DNA of 64,000 bases from Trichoplax adhaerens (GCF_000150275.1 NW_002060944.1:6547102-6611101), one strand, 5' to 3'. Shown: positions 15,718 to 31,197, numbered from the stretch's first letter. Numbers and translations are program-made. The notes: generated by a model not told the origin, from the sequence alone.

Positions 15718-16290
15718 GTAAAATCAAATCAAAGCAAGCCGGTGAAATCTGAAAATTCAATCCAAATCAATTCATGAAACCTTAGTGTAGTGCCGCGTCA
15801 ATTTTAAGATTCCTCAAGTATTAACTAGCTAAGTAACACTCTAGTTATAAGTACAGTACTATAGAAAGTAATAGTAATCTTGTGAGCTAAGATAGTGCTT
15901 TGTTAATTCTAGTTAATTGATGAAGTAGAAGTGAAGTGAAGTAAGAGAGATCTTACACCCAGCTTTAAGGCATGATTCAAAGTGATGAAATCATGAAAGC
16001 CTAGTGTAATGCAATTTTAAGATTCCTCAAGTATTAACTAGCTAAGTAACACTCTAGTTATAAGTCCTAAGTACTATGTAGAAAGTAATAGTAATCTTGT
16101 GAGCTAAGATAGTGTTTTGCTAATTCTAGCAATTGATGAAATATAAGTGAAGTAAGAGAGATATTACATCCAGCTTTAAGGCATGATTCATCTGATCACA
16201 TCAAATCAAGCCGGCAAAATCTAAAAATTCAATCCAAATCAAATCATGAGACCCTAGCTTTAAGGTATGATTCAACTTGATCAAATCAAG
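15718..16290. repeat. Recent ~215 bp tandem duplication with duplicated flanks
   Basis: CAATTTTAAGATTCCTCAAGTATTAACTAGCTAAGTAACACTCTAGTTATAAGT is identical at ~15798 and ~16012, and both copies end CCAGCTTTAAGGCATGATTCA. CAAGCCGG...AAAATTCAATCCAAATCAA occurs at ~15735 and ~16207. Confidence 0.9.
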
Positions 16291-17074
16291 GGTTGGACGA
16301 TACTTGATTTTACTAGGATAGCTATTGACATTGATTTGACACCAGTTCTTTTGCCGACAAACATTAACTGTATACCGTGCAGTGGACAGTGGAATCAATA
16401 TACTGCACTCTTTGTGGCGTGAGTGAGTGATGACGTATGGCTTTTTTTTACAGAATTGTACTGTATTTCTTCTCATAAATCCTTAATATGTACCATGATG
16501 TGGACCCTGGATTACTGGCACTTTGGACAGCACCATCCCACGGTATGATAGGATACTGTCAAAACTGCTCAAAAGACATCTCAGGATAGGAAACATATTT
16601 TCGATTTCTATCTGTGGTTCACAGAAGAGAAAAGGAAATAGTGATAGAACTGTCTACGACGGCATCGCATCCATAAGATCAGTAGATACAGGCGATACTG
16701 ACTTGACTAACTCAGGAAAGAAGAAAGAATAAAATGGAATAACTAAATCCTCCTGCTTAAGCCAATAAAACAAACAAGCAAAACAAATAGAGTCCACAGT
16801 AGACCATGTTGGTGACGAAAGCATGGACAACGTGCTATCTTCATACTGAAACAGCCCCGATATCCAGTACTGTTACCTACTACACTCAGTGCATTGCATC
16901 GGGCGTATAGTCGTTTTGAAAGTTGTTTTCGCTTGCCTATATCGCTTCGCACTCGGTCCACTTCAATATTGCTGACCCAGTAATGTGTAAAATATATGTC
17001 GTAAAAAATACTTGTACTATACTTGAAATAGACTTTAAATGAGTGACATCTATTTTACATCGGTTCGTTTCGTA

Positions 17075-17190
17075 TTGCACAGTACGGTACAGTACTCCAG
17101 CAGTCTGCAGACCATAGATTGTACTGTAGTCTACAGTACTACACACTGTCTACAAGGACCACCGTAACGGTACAGTACAGTACAATGTCA
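17075..17190. promoter_or_regulatory. Cluster of ACAGTAC/GTACTGT motifs in the putative NDUFAB1 promoter
   Basis: gcACAGTACggtACAGTACtcc...ttGTACTGTagtctACAGTACt...gtACAGTACAGTACaat, 100-220 bp upstream of the ATG. Function is inferred only. Confidence 0.5.
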
Positions 17191-17294
17191 AGCGCTGATC
17201 GTGGTACTGGTCGCCACGTTCGTCCACGCTCACTTCACCCCCATCCAGCGGGTCACTAGTCGATTTGAAAAGACAGTCCAGCAAGCTCAACAAC

Positions 17295-19417
<2,123 letters not shown>

Positions 19418-20595
19418 GCATCAAAAGGCTGATTTGCTAACAAGGTATGTAGAAATGTCGGTAAATTTGCTACAGTATTGATGAAAATCATTATGATAAA
19501 AGTAGAAAATGATTTAGGTAGTATGCCATATTTTACGCTTTCAGTAGTATACCTGTTTCCATTGCACACTGTCATGTCGACGTTGTATGTAATTTTACCC
19601 GTTTGAATTTTCATTACATTTTGCAAAAATTATTTGTAAAAGCTGTCTCTAAATTTACTAATAAGTTAACTATATCTCATGAATTAGCTATTGTTGCCTG
19701 TTAATAGAGCTCTTATATATACTCTTGGATTATTTTTCAGTTGATCAATGTCTGCATAGAGATGTATTTAAGTTCGAGCATATGGGTTAATATTGGTAGC
19801 CTAGCTCATCTCTTAGAATGGCTAGGAAGCACGCAAATGCGCATGGATCCAGTCATGATTTTGTAATTCTATTCCTAACAGATGTATTCCTTGTCATAGT
19901 GATTTAAGGCTCATTTTTCTAATATAAAGTAATATAGAAGGAAAGAAGATAAATGAAAGGCCAGTTTCTAGTTACTTTTTTAATTGTCATGCCTAAAGCT
20001 TTCCTGATTGCGTGGAAATTGTTGGTTATAGTTTAGTACAATGTTTATATTTCTTAACAAATTGCGCTTTGAGCTACTTTGTATTGGAATGCCTTAAATT
20101 TGGTTTATCGACATATCATAATAAATATTACTGTTAACTATAAAAATGCCATATGTTGGTTGTAAACTTGATTGATATTTAGAGATAGTAAAGCATTTTT
20201 AGCATCTAGCACCATCTTAAATACACGTAACGCCTATTTTAGCGTCAAAAAAATGTTCAATTAAAAAGCAATTTTAAGCACTTGGAAAAATATTACATCC
20301 AATTACTGTAATCGCAAAAATATATTACACCGCAAATCCGGAATGAAGGATTGACACAAATTATTCTATCATATGGCGATAAAAGCAATATTTAAAATGA
20401 TAGCAACATTAGTGACTTATGATAACAACATTGTATAGACAGTTTTGAAGGTGAATATGTTTATAATTTAATTATAAACATTTAATAGAAAACTTGAAAT
20501 TAGCGTAAAACCTGTAACAGCTACTCAGGTAATTTTAATGTACAACGTGTAATCTGTACTAGATATATCTCACTCGATATTTATAATTACAGCAT

Positions 20596-23500
20596 TTATT
20601 CTTGAACTTCATCCAAGTTAATAGCTTCTAATGCAGCACGAAGTACCGATGATGAATGCTTGCCATAACCAATATAATCTCGTTGCTAAATTAAAAGTCA
20701 TCAAATGAAGTTAGTAACAATGATGGTATGTTTGCTTAGTCAAATTGAAAAATCAATTATCTTACCGCGGCTTCTAATTTCAATACATCGCTAAGCCTTT
20801 TAATTTCACGAGGCTGTTCTAAGAGTATTTCTTGTCGTCTAGGTGATTGAATAACAATCTTGAGTTATGATTATCCTTCTATCACATCATTTAAGACTTG
20901 TTGATTTATACTCGTATACTTTAGTATATACTGTATGGTAAAGATAGAATAAGAATTATTCAGGAATGTATAGCTAAAAAAGTGACATTACTTTCTATAA
21001 TTGAGATATTCATGGTGCTGTTCCAGAGCGAAAGTAGTCTGATCTTGTTCAATTGATTTTGTAAATCTACACAGATAGTAAAAATATCAAAGTTTAGTAC
21101 GGATAAATCAATAAAATAGCAAAAAATGAATCTCAAAATGACATCACGTAATACTTGCTACTGTACTAAGCTTTTAACTTCATGCAGTAGTATTAATAAG
21201 AACAGTATTCTATCAAAACGATGTCTGCTATTCAAGAATCGATAAATACGTAACAAAAATTAATGTCTTTAAATGTGTAATACATGATATGAAAATCTTC
21301 TTTTTACGCGTCGTCATAAAGTAATTTTAAATTATAAGGTTCAACTCTGATAGTAGTATATTCTAAATACTATAACGATATCAACCTGTGATTTACTTAC
21401 TTTTCGAAATGTTTCTCGATGGCATGTGCCGTATTTCTGGAGTCTTTAATTACGTCTTGGTAAGTTAATGCATCGACGGGTGGCAATTTATTAATATCAG
21501 TTCGATGGATATAAACTACAGGATGATTGGATTTTCGTAATTGTTTCATTCTCATATATTGTTCTACTAAGGGGCTATGGCCATGAATATTAAAGATCGA
21601 TTTTTCGAATTCAGGGCCTTTCGTTGCTGGATGTGACTAACAGAAATTATAACGTAGCTCCTTAATCTAATTTCAAGTAAAACCGAACCGTATCATTATC
21701 TTACTTGGCTTCGGTGTCTTCTAAAATTAGGATTTAATTTGATAATTTTCTTAGGGTTATTTTTAGTTCCAACAATAATTCTTGTACCATCGTTCCGTAG
21801 TCGACGATTTGATGGTAAAGGAGTTATATTACCAGGAAAAGATGACATGCTACCTTGTCGGCTTCGTTTTCCATCTATTAATTTGTTTTAAAGATAGAAT
21901 AATTGTAAATACTATTACATAAACGAACTTAAACATGTTAATCGATTAATGAAGTCTATATATTAATCAAGCAACAAAACTAGGTATTAGTAATTAAAAT
22001 TCACCTTGTGAGTTTTGCTCAGATGATTCTTTGCTACTTTCTTGATTGCTATTCGTACCATTCGATTGCGATATTTTATGAATAATGTTAAAGTTTAAGG
22101 CTGGGACTAGATTAAATATAGTGCAATAGGGATTAGAATAGTACCGTAAAAAATACGGATTAAAGAAGTAGTAAAGGAAAACTATTTTTCGTAAAAATTG
22201 TAACTTTACGATATACCTTTTTCTTGTTTCGCTTGAGCTTCTCTTTTCTGAACAATGGCTGGCTCTAATCTACTATAAGGCCATTTACTCCATGATCGAG
22301 GGTAGGGTTTATTTCCTATTAGGAAACAAAAAACAGCCAATTAGCTATAGAAAATTCAATGGCAATCAATACTTAACATTGCAAGCTCAGGTATAGTTGA
22401 AACCTATTAAAATATAACTGTTGATATTATAGTAATAGATTATAAAAATTTCTACCTTTGCAATTAATTTACTGGTAATTACGTAATCTTTTAGTAACAG
22501 TTGATAATAATACTAAAATATCTTTTATATTGAAAACGCACGTAATAGTAATTAATTCGCAATAGGAAATAGCATAAGGCAGGCTTGCCTTATTCTGTAA
22601 TATATTATTACCTGTCATCCACAGTGTTACTAGATTTGTTAATTCTGTTTTAAAGTTTTCGTTGTATTGACGCCAAGACGTTGGAAAGGCTTCACAAAAT
22701 GTACTATAAATAGTTTGGCATACTAAATCTGGATAGGACTAGAAAGAAAAAGTAACAAAGTAACTTAGCGCTAATGGTAACTCCCAAGATATATCATCAA
22801 GTTTATAAACTAATGATAATCATGAAACAAGTATGAACAACATTGATCCAGTATATAATGTGAACGTTAAAAGGCTTGGCCAGTAAACCCTTTACGTTTA
22901 ATGTGCATATTGACTATAAATTTTTAAGTTAGCACTATTCTAAAAGCAAAATTGTCTCCAAAGTTATTTTGGCACAAATAAACGGCCATTGTATTCATAC
23001 ACCTTGTTCAATTAAAACTGTAGGATAAATGTTGTAGTAAATTTTTATACAAAATCTTTTTAAAACAAAGACGTGGTATACCTGAAGGAAAACATCTCTA
23101 TATAGAGGATTTCTGGCAAAGGTTAATAATTTGACGTAATTATAAGCAATTCGGTTAAAAATTTTGTCCTGTGTGTATTTACTAGGCTATAATAAAGATA
23201 TCGAAAAAATGAAATGAATACGCAGTCAGCACTGTCATAGTTTATCCAAAGTAAACATGAAAATTAACTCCAAAATTTGTTTATATGGATTACAACTGGT
23301 AGGATGATAAATTATCTTAAAGTACCTGATATCGATAAAGAAAAAACCACCAGAATGTATCCTATGATAAATAAGAAATAGTGAAAAATGTTATCATTTT
23401 GTGCTACATTATTATAATCAGAGCAGAAAAGGCAATATTGAGTCACGTTTAGCACTTTGTATTGATACAAAAAAGATTAATGTGGAAGAAATCTTTATAT

Positions 23501-26500
23501 ACGCTATATACTACCTGCATAATAGCTTCTGATATTTCGGAATGAAAACATTTTACGAATTCAGCTCTATAACGGGGCTAGATACCGAATAATTAAATAA
23601 AAAAATAATATTTGAATGTACATATTTGACAACTTGTTAATAGCTTTATAGATGGTATTATTATGATGGTGTCTATCTCAAGTATGCGCCGTCTAGATTA
23701 CCTTCTTTTTTAAATCATCCTGAGCTTCTGATATTCGTCTTAGCTGACTTGATACAGAAATATTTTCTGGTAAACGAGTTACATGATGAGAATCATATCC
23801 TGGATAAGATTGAAGCTATATACAAAAATTAAAAATTATTATTTCAGAGCGGTTCGCCTTTCAGATCTCTGAGGTTCTAATAAAATACGAAAATTTTTTA
23901 TATTACAGCAGTTCCTAATTTTATATAGTTGTTACCTCGACTAATTTAGGCTTTTCGGGTCGCTCTTCTCTATTATATGCTCTCTGTTATTGTAAAATTA
24001 TGAAATAGGACATAAATAGCTTATATGCAAAAAAATTTACATTAGTCCTAAAAGTAATATAATACGTAGTTTCCAGTTCTAATTGCTTACTTGTCTGACG
24101 GTTTCTCGCAGTTGCTCATATCTCATTTGTTTATCGTAGAATTTTAATTTTAAAGGTTTCTTATCTTGCATTAGTACTTTTATATTGTAGAGATAGATTG
24201 ACAGTGGTTAGTACATTGCATATATTTATCGCCGATTCGATGTTAGTCTATTATTTCGGACTAGAATCATACAACAAATGAGAAAATTATGATATATACA
24301 GTTACCAATTTTCGATGAGAATACGCCGGCAAATCGGTTCATTTCCTTGGCTTCTTTTTCTAAACAATTTATTTAAATTATATGTACATAACAGATATTA
24401 ATAAGTTTAACTGCTAAAATTCATACGAAGGTTGTTGCTACTGCTAATTACGACATAAATTGTACAGAGCTTATTCCTAGCATATAAGTAAATATCTACA
24501 TAGTTAAATGCTGTAAATAGCATCAGATATCGCTTTGCTATTGACTATAATAAAAATTTACGCCTTAAATAAATATACTCTTGGTAACTACTATCATACC
24601 TTTATTAATAACTGGTCTTTTCTGTAACTCTACTTCACGATATGCATAGTCATCACTTTCATCCTCATTATCTGACATATCAATTGTCATTTTAGTGAAG
24701 CTTTGTAGTTCACTATTTAAATTTCCGATACGACCTTGCAGCTTTTTAATTTGATTAACGCTTTCCACTGTTTTATATAAGGTCAAGAAGATAACTAACG
24801 AATACGAAATTTTTAATACCCTAAATAATCTCTTTTAAAACATTAAAGGTTGACAATAACGGGAATTATAGTCAACTAATCATGAATTATATCCATATAT
24901 ATAGTATGTACTGTATACATATATTTGTCTGTGCCTTATTCTTAAAAACAAGAGATTATTCAAGCTGAGCAGAGAAATGATCTCATATAGCAATAATTAG
25001 CTGTGATTTGAAAATGCAGCGAGCGTGATTAATTGTGATTTAATGTATTTAAATATCTGATAAAAAAGATTGAAATTATCCCTGAGGCTAGAGCTATATC
25101 ATGTACGCATTGCGTCGTGCGTTACGAAATAGTACTACAAAAGGAAGACGCAATAAGTTTTGCTTTAATTCTGATATAGGTAATCTCTTCTTGATGTTTA
25201 TTATGACAATTTATATCGATCAATAAGATATGAAAGTTAAGAATATTGGTGTTGCTAATAAATTATAAAACTAATTTTACCTGAGATTACAAATTGATAA
25301 TAAAAGTACCCTTGGGTAGATTAAATAAAACGATAAGATTATTATCAGTTAAGATATTTAAGTTTGTCCAGTCGTATATCTACCTCTAGCTTATATATTT
25401 TTGTAATCATAGACATAAATGAATATTATGCTTATGTTTTAGGTTGTGCTTGATTAAAATGTCTCACATGTACAGGTAAAAAATAACAGTAAATTTTCCC
25501 CTAAATTATTACTATTTCGGATTGTAATTGGTTCGAGAACTGTTTTGTGGATGCTGCTAAAAATATTGTTAAAATTCGAAAGGAAATGATCATCTATCTC
25601 AAAGGTTATAGTACATATCTTGAATGGAGATGAAACTCGTGATAATTCTTAGATTGATTAAATAAAATGATAAGATAATTATCAACAACAACATAAATTT
25701 GCTAGATAAGATCAGTAGATTAAGCTTCTGGCTTTTCTTTATCATAAACTAAGGAATAAATCTCAATATTATGATTGGCTAAAGAAATAGCTTTAAAAAA
25801 AGGAAATTGCTACAAAAAGTAGTACTAAATTTAAAATAGTATTTTTATCTGCTATGAAGGAACTATTGAGTTCAAGTTGTATTTTGGTTATCTTGGATGG
25901 GGGAAGAGCTTGATGATTTATTTCTATTACGAATACAGAGCCTGTTATGCCTTTACTGAAGGACGATAATACATGCAAAGGTAAATTATAGAGAAAAGAA
26001 GGTAAAAAAAATTAGTGGTAGATAAGATATTTGTTATGATATGATAAGTGGGGCAAATTGAGCAAGCAGATCCAATATTGTAGCGCATGATTTAATCTGA
26101 TCGGTCTACAGTTAATTTCACTTTTCGGTCATTAATTGATAATTATCCTTGATAGATTAACAGGACAGAAAAATGGAATTATCTAGTAGATGATATTTTA
26201 ATATAGGGATTGTCTTATGATGAGGAAAGATAAAGCCATTAATAACAATTACAGTATTGATGGCCTTTGTCGTGTCAGCTTAATAGGCCATAGAAGGAAC
26301 AGATGGCTAATGAAGTGTTATATATCTTAACCGGATATACTTTCTACCTCTACAATCCTCGCTATCATATAATACTCTAAACATGATTTTCATTAAAAAC
26401 AAATTACCAACATTCACAATACTACCATAATAGTTCATATTTTGTAATACTTAATTTTAGATATGTAAACTATTGGATAGAGATTAAAAATAAAAAAAAT

Positions 26501-26541
26501 GAAATAACAGCTTGGTAGACGTAGTTACCCTTAGCAACCAT
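20596..26541 (-). CDS. FAM227: FAM227 family (FWWh-domain) protein, ~20 short exons; 5'-most exons tentative
   Basis: Hand-spliced minus-strand exons: DTFWWFFLYRYQ (23326-23361); PSKYTQDKIFNRIAYNYVKLL; SYPDLVCQTIYSTFCEAFPTSWRQYNENFKTELTNLVTLWMTG (22612-22738); NKPYPRSWSKWPYSRLEP; SHPATKGPEFEKSIFNIHGHSPLVEQYM (21401-21636); last exon 20596-20685 ending LDEVQE*. These match FAM227A/B blocks as I recall them. Tentative start MVAK|ELSRVSSPF (26529-26541, 25615-25647). Confidence 0.85.
26524..26538. promoter_or_regulatory. RFX X-box-like motif GTTACCCTTAGCAAC overlapping the putative first coding exon and donor of FAM227
   Basis: Fits GTNRCC-N(0-3)-RGYAAC. The minus strand reads ATG GTT GCT AAG G|GTAAC. 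Confidence 0.5.
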
Positions 26542-26907
26542 ACACTATTCTAGTATCATTTTAGCTTGAATCACGGATTATATTGATGAACGATGATTCA
26601 TTTTAGTAAGTAAGGATACAATTATATCTTGGCTGATGATTTTGATATGTTGCAATTTGTTTGCCATGATTATCTTGACTTTCCATGATTGCTATCTTTG
26701 ATGACAATGAGTATATTAACTATTGAGCGAGGAAGGCAGCATCCTAATTCATGTTATGATATCCCTAAGCCAGCTGGACTGCAGCTCTTCTTACACTATC
26801 CTCTATAGTGTGTCCTGTTATAGGTGTGGTTTAGTATTGATTGTACTTAAATGGTAAAAGCCAGTGGCATCAGACAGTAAACTAGCACACTCAAAGCACA
26901 GTATGGA

Positions 26908-26921
26908 GTTTCCATGGTAAC
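26908..26921. promoter_or_regulatory. Canonical RFX X-box GTTTCCATGGTAAC in the FAM227/PGS1 divergent promoter
   Basis: 14-bp near-palindromic match to the ciliary X-box consensus, ~370 bp upstream of the putative FAM227 ATG; a CRE-like TGACGTAA follows immediately. Confidence 0.7.
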
Positions 26922-26936
26922 ATTGTGACGTAACAT

Positions 26937-26969
26937 GGACCACTAGAAGAGAACTAGTTCTAGTGGTCC
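26937..26969. repeat. 12-bp perfect inverted repeat GGACCACTAGAA-N9-TTCTAGTGGTCC
   Basis: Arms are exact reverse complements; internal AGAACTAGTTCT is itself palindromic. Confidence 0.85.
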
Positions 26970-27404
26970 TAGTACCCCTATACTGAGCGCAGTACAGTGC
27001 ACAGTTTTAGTAATACCGTACAGTAAAATGACCAGAACAGTGACAAGTCTACTTCGATCTCTATGCGAAACGGCCGCTTTCCGTCCGTCCCGCCCTTTCT
27101 TTCTTTTACTCGTCCCTAACTATGTTCTGAAACCATGGATTGCTACTTTAAATTCTTAATAAATTGCCATTAGGCAATTGTGAACTTATAAATGAATACC
27201 ATAGAGCTGCTTACGACTAGATATTAGTAGAGTAGTGATTTCGCCAAGTGGAGAAACAGAGGTGTTTCGTTGTCTCATATAAAAATCACTAGCGCAAGCA
27301 TGTAGCTATACACTATACCGAATACAGTATGAAAGTTCATAATAAAGGCTATATTGTAATTGCTAAGTAGTATACAATCCTTATTCTGAGTCTATACATA
27401 CTTC

Positions 27405-27532
27405 ACAAGAGTACTGTTGAGAACTGTATACTGAGTTCAGTATGGAATCTATACAGTCAAAAGAGTACAGTACATTGTTACAGTACATCATCACAGTACT
27501 GAGTACTGTAAGGACAATGAGTACTGTAAGCT
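27405..27532. promoter_or_regulatory. Cluster of ACAGTAC/GTACTGT motifs in the putative PGS1 promoter
   Basis: gaGTACTGTtg...gtACAGTACattgttACAGTACatcatcACAGTACtgaGTACTGTaaggacaatgaGTACTGTaag, 45-170 bp upstream of the ATG. Confidence 0.5.
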
Positions 27533-27574
27533 CCATCAGCTCCTGCTCCACCAATCCAGGCATCCATTTCCAAT

Positions 27575-30500
27575 ATGGCTCTGCTAAGGCCATGTCTAAG
27601 CAACGTCTTAAATCGGTATAAAATAATAACTAATCGACATGTAACCTGCTTGAACCTATTGAGAAAACGCCATCATTATAGCGGTCAGGCTATCACAGCA
27701 ATTAGTGATCTATTACAAGATTTAGGACCTCAATTTTATGCTGATGGTGATAAAATTCGATTTCTACACCAGCCCACAGATTTCTATCAAGAATTACTGG
27801 TACGTAAGCAAATTGTGTAAAACGTACTGTTAAACATATTTTACTTTATAATAATAATGTAATCGTCAGCATACGGTATTGGGCATTGCTTGACATAGCT
27901 AAAATCTACCAGCAAGAGCTGTATTGAATGGCCTACGTTCTTATCATGTACTCACGGATAAAGATCTTGAACTTTCATCATCCTAATATTCATACATATT
28001 ATCAGCTAGCTAATTCGCAATCAGCAATTTACAAGTTGCATAGTTAGGATGATGGATTGAAGTAGTACTTGTACGATCTGCAACCTGCTTTCTTTTATAA
28101 AAGACTACACTATTGATTTACTCACCTTAAACCATCAATGTACTTGGATAAGAGCGATGTAAATCTTATGCATATACACAATATCGTTTCGTGTACGAGG
28201 ATAGTATCGAAGCATATTGCCAGCGAATCGCAAGCACCAAATTAAGACCAGTTGATCAATGAAATGCATTTACTTAATACTTGGACAGTAGGCTAGCATT
28301 CGAAGTTTTCTTTTTACCTCTATGTGTCAGCTAATTGCATACCCTAAATTTAGACCAATTGGCAATTGATATGTATGTCATCAATACATAGATACAATCT
28401 CTAATTTAGGGTCCTTTCCTAACGTACAAAGTTTCCCACACCAAATCATGAAGTATGGTTTACATCAAATGGCTTACTCAGCTTTGCATACACATAATTA
28501 TATAATTAATTAATCATTAATCCACGGCATACCTGTAGAGTACACTGTTTTACTACACTCTATTTGGCATAACTGGCCATATCATTTTTTATTATCCTGA
28601 TAATGTGATACATAAATTGTTGCAACATGATGCAATAGGATAAATGTCATTCTGAAGCAATGCAGACTTGAATGGATAGTATTAAAAGCAGACAGATTTT
28701 CATCGTTACCAAACTACTGTATTAGATTAAATCATGATTTATAATACCATCAATTTTATTACAATAGATGCCTCGATGTTGCATAATTCGTTAGGATTAG
28801 TACCGTTATATATTGGAAATATAGATAGAACAGATGTTAATAAAATCAGTCAAATTTTCATCATCATTTAAACTACTATGTTGAATGAAATAGTAATTTA
28901 TTATCACATCAAACACAGTTATAATGGATACCTTTCTTATATGTATTACAGTCCAAAATAAAAACGGCCAAAAAGAGAATTACGTTAGCTTCGTTGTACA
29001 TTGGAAATGGATCTTTGGAACAACGAATGGTATGGATATTATCGTTTGCTTTTTAAGAATAAAAGAGTGAATAATAGCATTTTATTATACACTACTAACA
29101 ACCGTGAGCTAATCCTATAGTAAATCTTATTGTTATTGGTTAAAATTTATTTAGGTTGACGAATTACAGCAAGTTTCAAGATCTAGTATACAACTTAATA
29201 AACCATTAGATATTAACATTCTACTCGATTATACTAGAGGATCGCGTGGAAAACAGAATTCTCGCAAGATGCTATTACCATTAATAAATGAGTCGCATAG
29301 CAGTGTTAATGTGGCCTTATTCCATACTCCGCACTTACGTGGTCCTTTAAAAGCTATTGTACCGGAAAGATTTAATGAAACCATTGGTTTATCTCATTTG
29401 AAAGTCTATCTTTTCGATAATGATGTCATCATCAGCGGGTAATTAGTAATCATTCGTATTGCAATAATTAATATAAGTATAATAGAAACATGTTAAAACG
29501 TTGGATTATAGCAGTAAAATGTTTGCTAACCAATTCTAATTTCATGATATTTTTCCATTCTCTTAGGGCCAATCTGAGTGATTCTTATTTTGTAAATCGT
29601 CAAGATCGATATATAGTTATTGAAGATAATCCAGAATTTGCAAATTTTTTTCAAGATTTAATAACGGTTGTCAGTAAATATTCTTTACAGTTACAACCAG
29701 ATGATACAACAAAAATGTTAGAAGATATAAACGTTCATCCATACGAAAATAACGATAGTAGTCAAGAATTTATTAATGCTATGAGAAGCGATATTCATCA
29801 ACTGTTACACAAATATAAAGATTCTATAAAGAATAATAATTTATCGAAATCAAATACTGTTATATTCCCTCTGATTCAAATGGGGCCGTTTGAAGTAAGG
29901 TTTGATGAGGAGGCCACTCAAAGGTTATTTGGATCACTACGGAAAGACTCTACATTGCTCTTAGCATCTGGATACTTTAACCTAATAGAAAAATATTTAG
30001 CAACAATACTTACTAAATCTAAAGGCGACTATAAGATTTTAACGGCTGCACCTGAGGTAGGATAGACCATCATTTATAAAAAATACTATTTGTAGGCTAA
30101 AGCAGTTGATAAATTCCAGAATATTTTTGGGGCACTTTGTTAGGCTAATGGATTCTATGGTGCAAGTGGTATTGCAGGCTATATTCCGGATTCATATACG
30201 TATATTGCTAAACAATTCTATCAACGTATCGTGAGCGAAAATCAAGATCAGCGTATAAAATTGTTAGAATACGAACGTCAAGGTTGGACCTTTCATGTCA
30301 AAGGTAAAATATTATAATGCTGTATACTACGGCAACATGTCCCATCGCTGAGATTTGCGTATGGGTATTTTATTTATAATATAATTAGCTATTAAAATGA
30401 CATAATTGTGCTATACAGCGCGCCAGAAATAGTAAACTTAATCATTTATCAGTACATAAATCTATCATTTTAGGTTTGTGGTATTATTATCAACAAGAAC

Positions 30501-30998
30501 AACTGCCTTCAATGACTTTGATTGGTTCCTCAAATTTTGGTAAATATGCAAGGATTAATGAGGTCTTTGTATTATACATGGTAAGCATTCGTAATTTTAA
30601 TTCATAGGTTATCGATCCACCTACCGCGATTTGGAAGCTCAAATAGCAGTTGTAACAAGTGAATCTAACTTACAAGAGCTTATGAAAGCCGTAAGTTCCA
30701 GTGCTTGATATTCATAATTTTAGCTGAGAGCGATATATGATTGATTTGAATAAAATAATTAGATTTCGATCTACCAACGTTTATACTCTCCCATACTGTG
30801 ATGCTATTTATGATGCTATACATTGGATTAAGCATAATGGTCATGTAGTATTGTAATTATCATTTGCTTTTCTAGGAACAAGAGAGTATTTTCTCTTATG
30901 GAAAAGCTGTTAACCAAGATGTATTTCGTTCCGATCGAAGGCAGGTAGCTTTTTGGGCTCAGATGGTAACCAAGTACATATTGTGGAAGTTTTTATAA
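27575..30998 (+). CDS. PGS1: Mitochondrial phosphatidylglycerophosphate synthase (PLD/HKD fold); 8 exons: 27575-27799, 28952-29029, 29155-29438, 29567-30056, 30144-30303, 30474-30539, 30608-30690, 30876-30998
   Basis: Motifs PTDFYQELL, AKKRITLASLYIG, ILLDYTRGSRG, ERFNETIGLSHLKVYLFDNDVIISGANLSDSYFVNRQDRY (HKD), LASGYFN, ANGFYGA, GWTFHVKGLW, TLIGSSNFGYRSTYRDLEAQ. All junctions GT-AG and in phase; basic N-terminal presequence. Confidence 0.96.
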
Positions 30999-31197
30999 TA
31001 TGGAAATATAAAGTCATTAGCACGTATCTATTCGCAGAAAAAATTGAAATCTAGCTTTTAAAATTTAAAATTTAAATATTTATTATCATCATACTGAGAC
31101 ACAATTATATAATAATGCATCTAACATGACTTATTAAAAAAGTTTATAATTATTTTTATACGAATTTATAATAAATGAATGATTTTATCGAGAATTT

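Noticed and set aside
15-17146. Short ORF-track entries in the first 17 kb (e.g. 14008-14265, 16201-16476)
   Set aside because: No recognisable domains or consistent splice chains; lengths fit random ORFs.
19796-19830. Small hairpin CCTAGC..GCTAGG downstream of NDUFAB1
   Set aside because: Short bulged stem with no tRNA, snoRNA or SECIS hallmarks.
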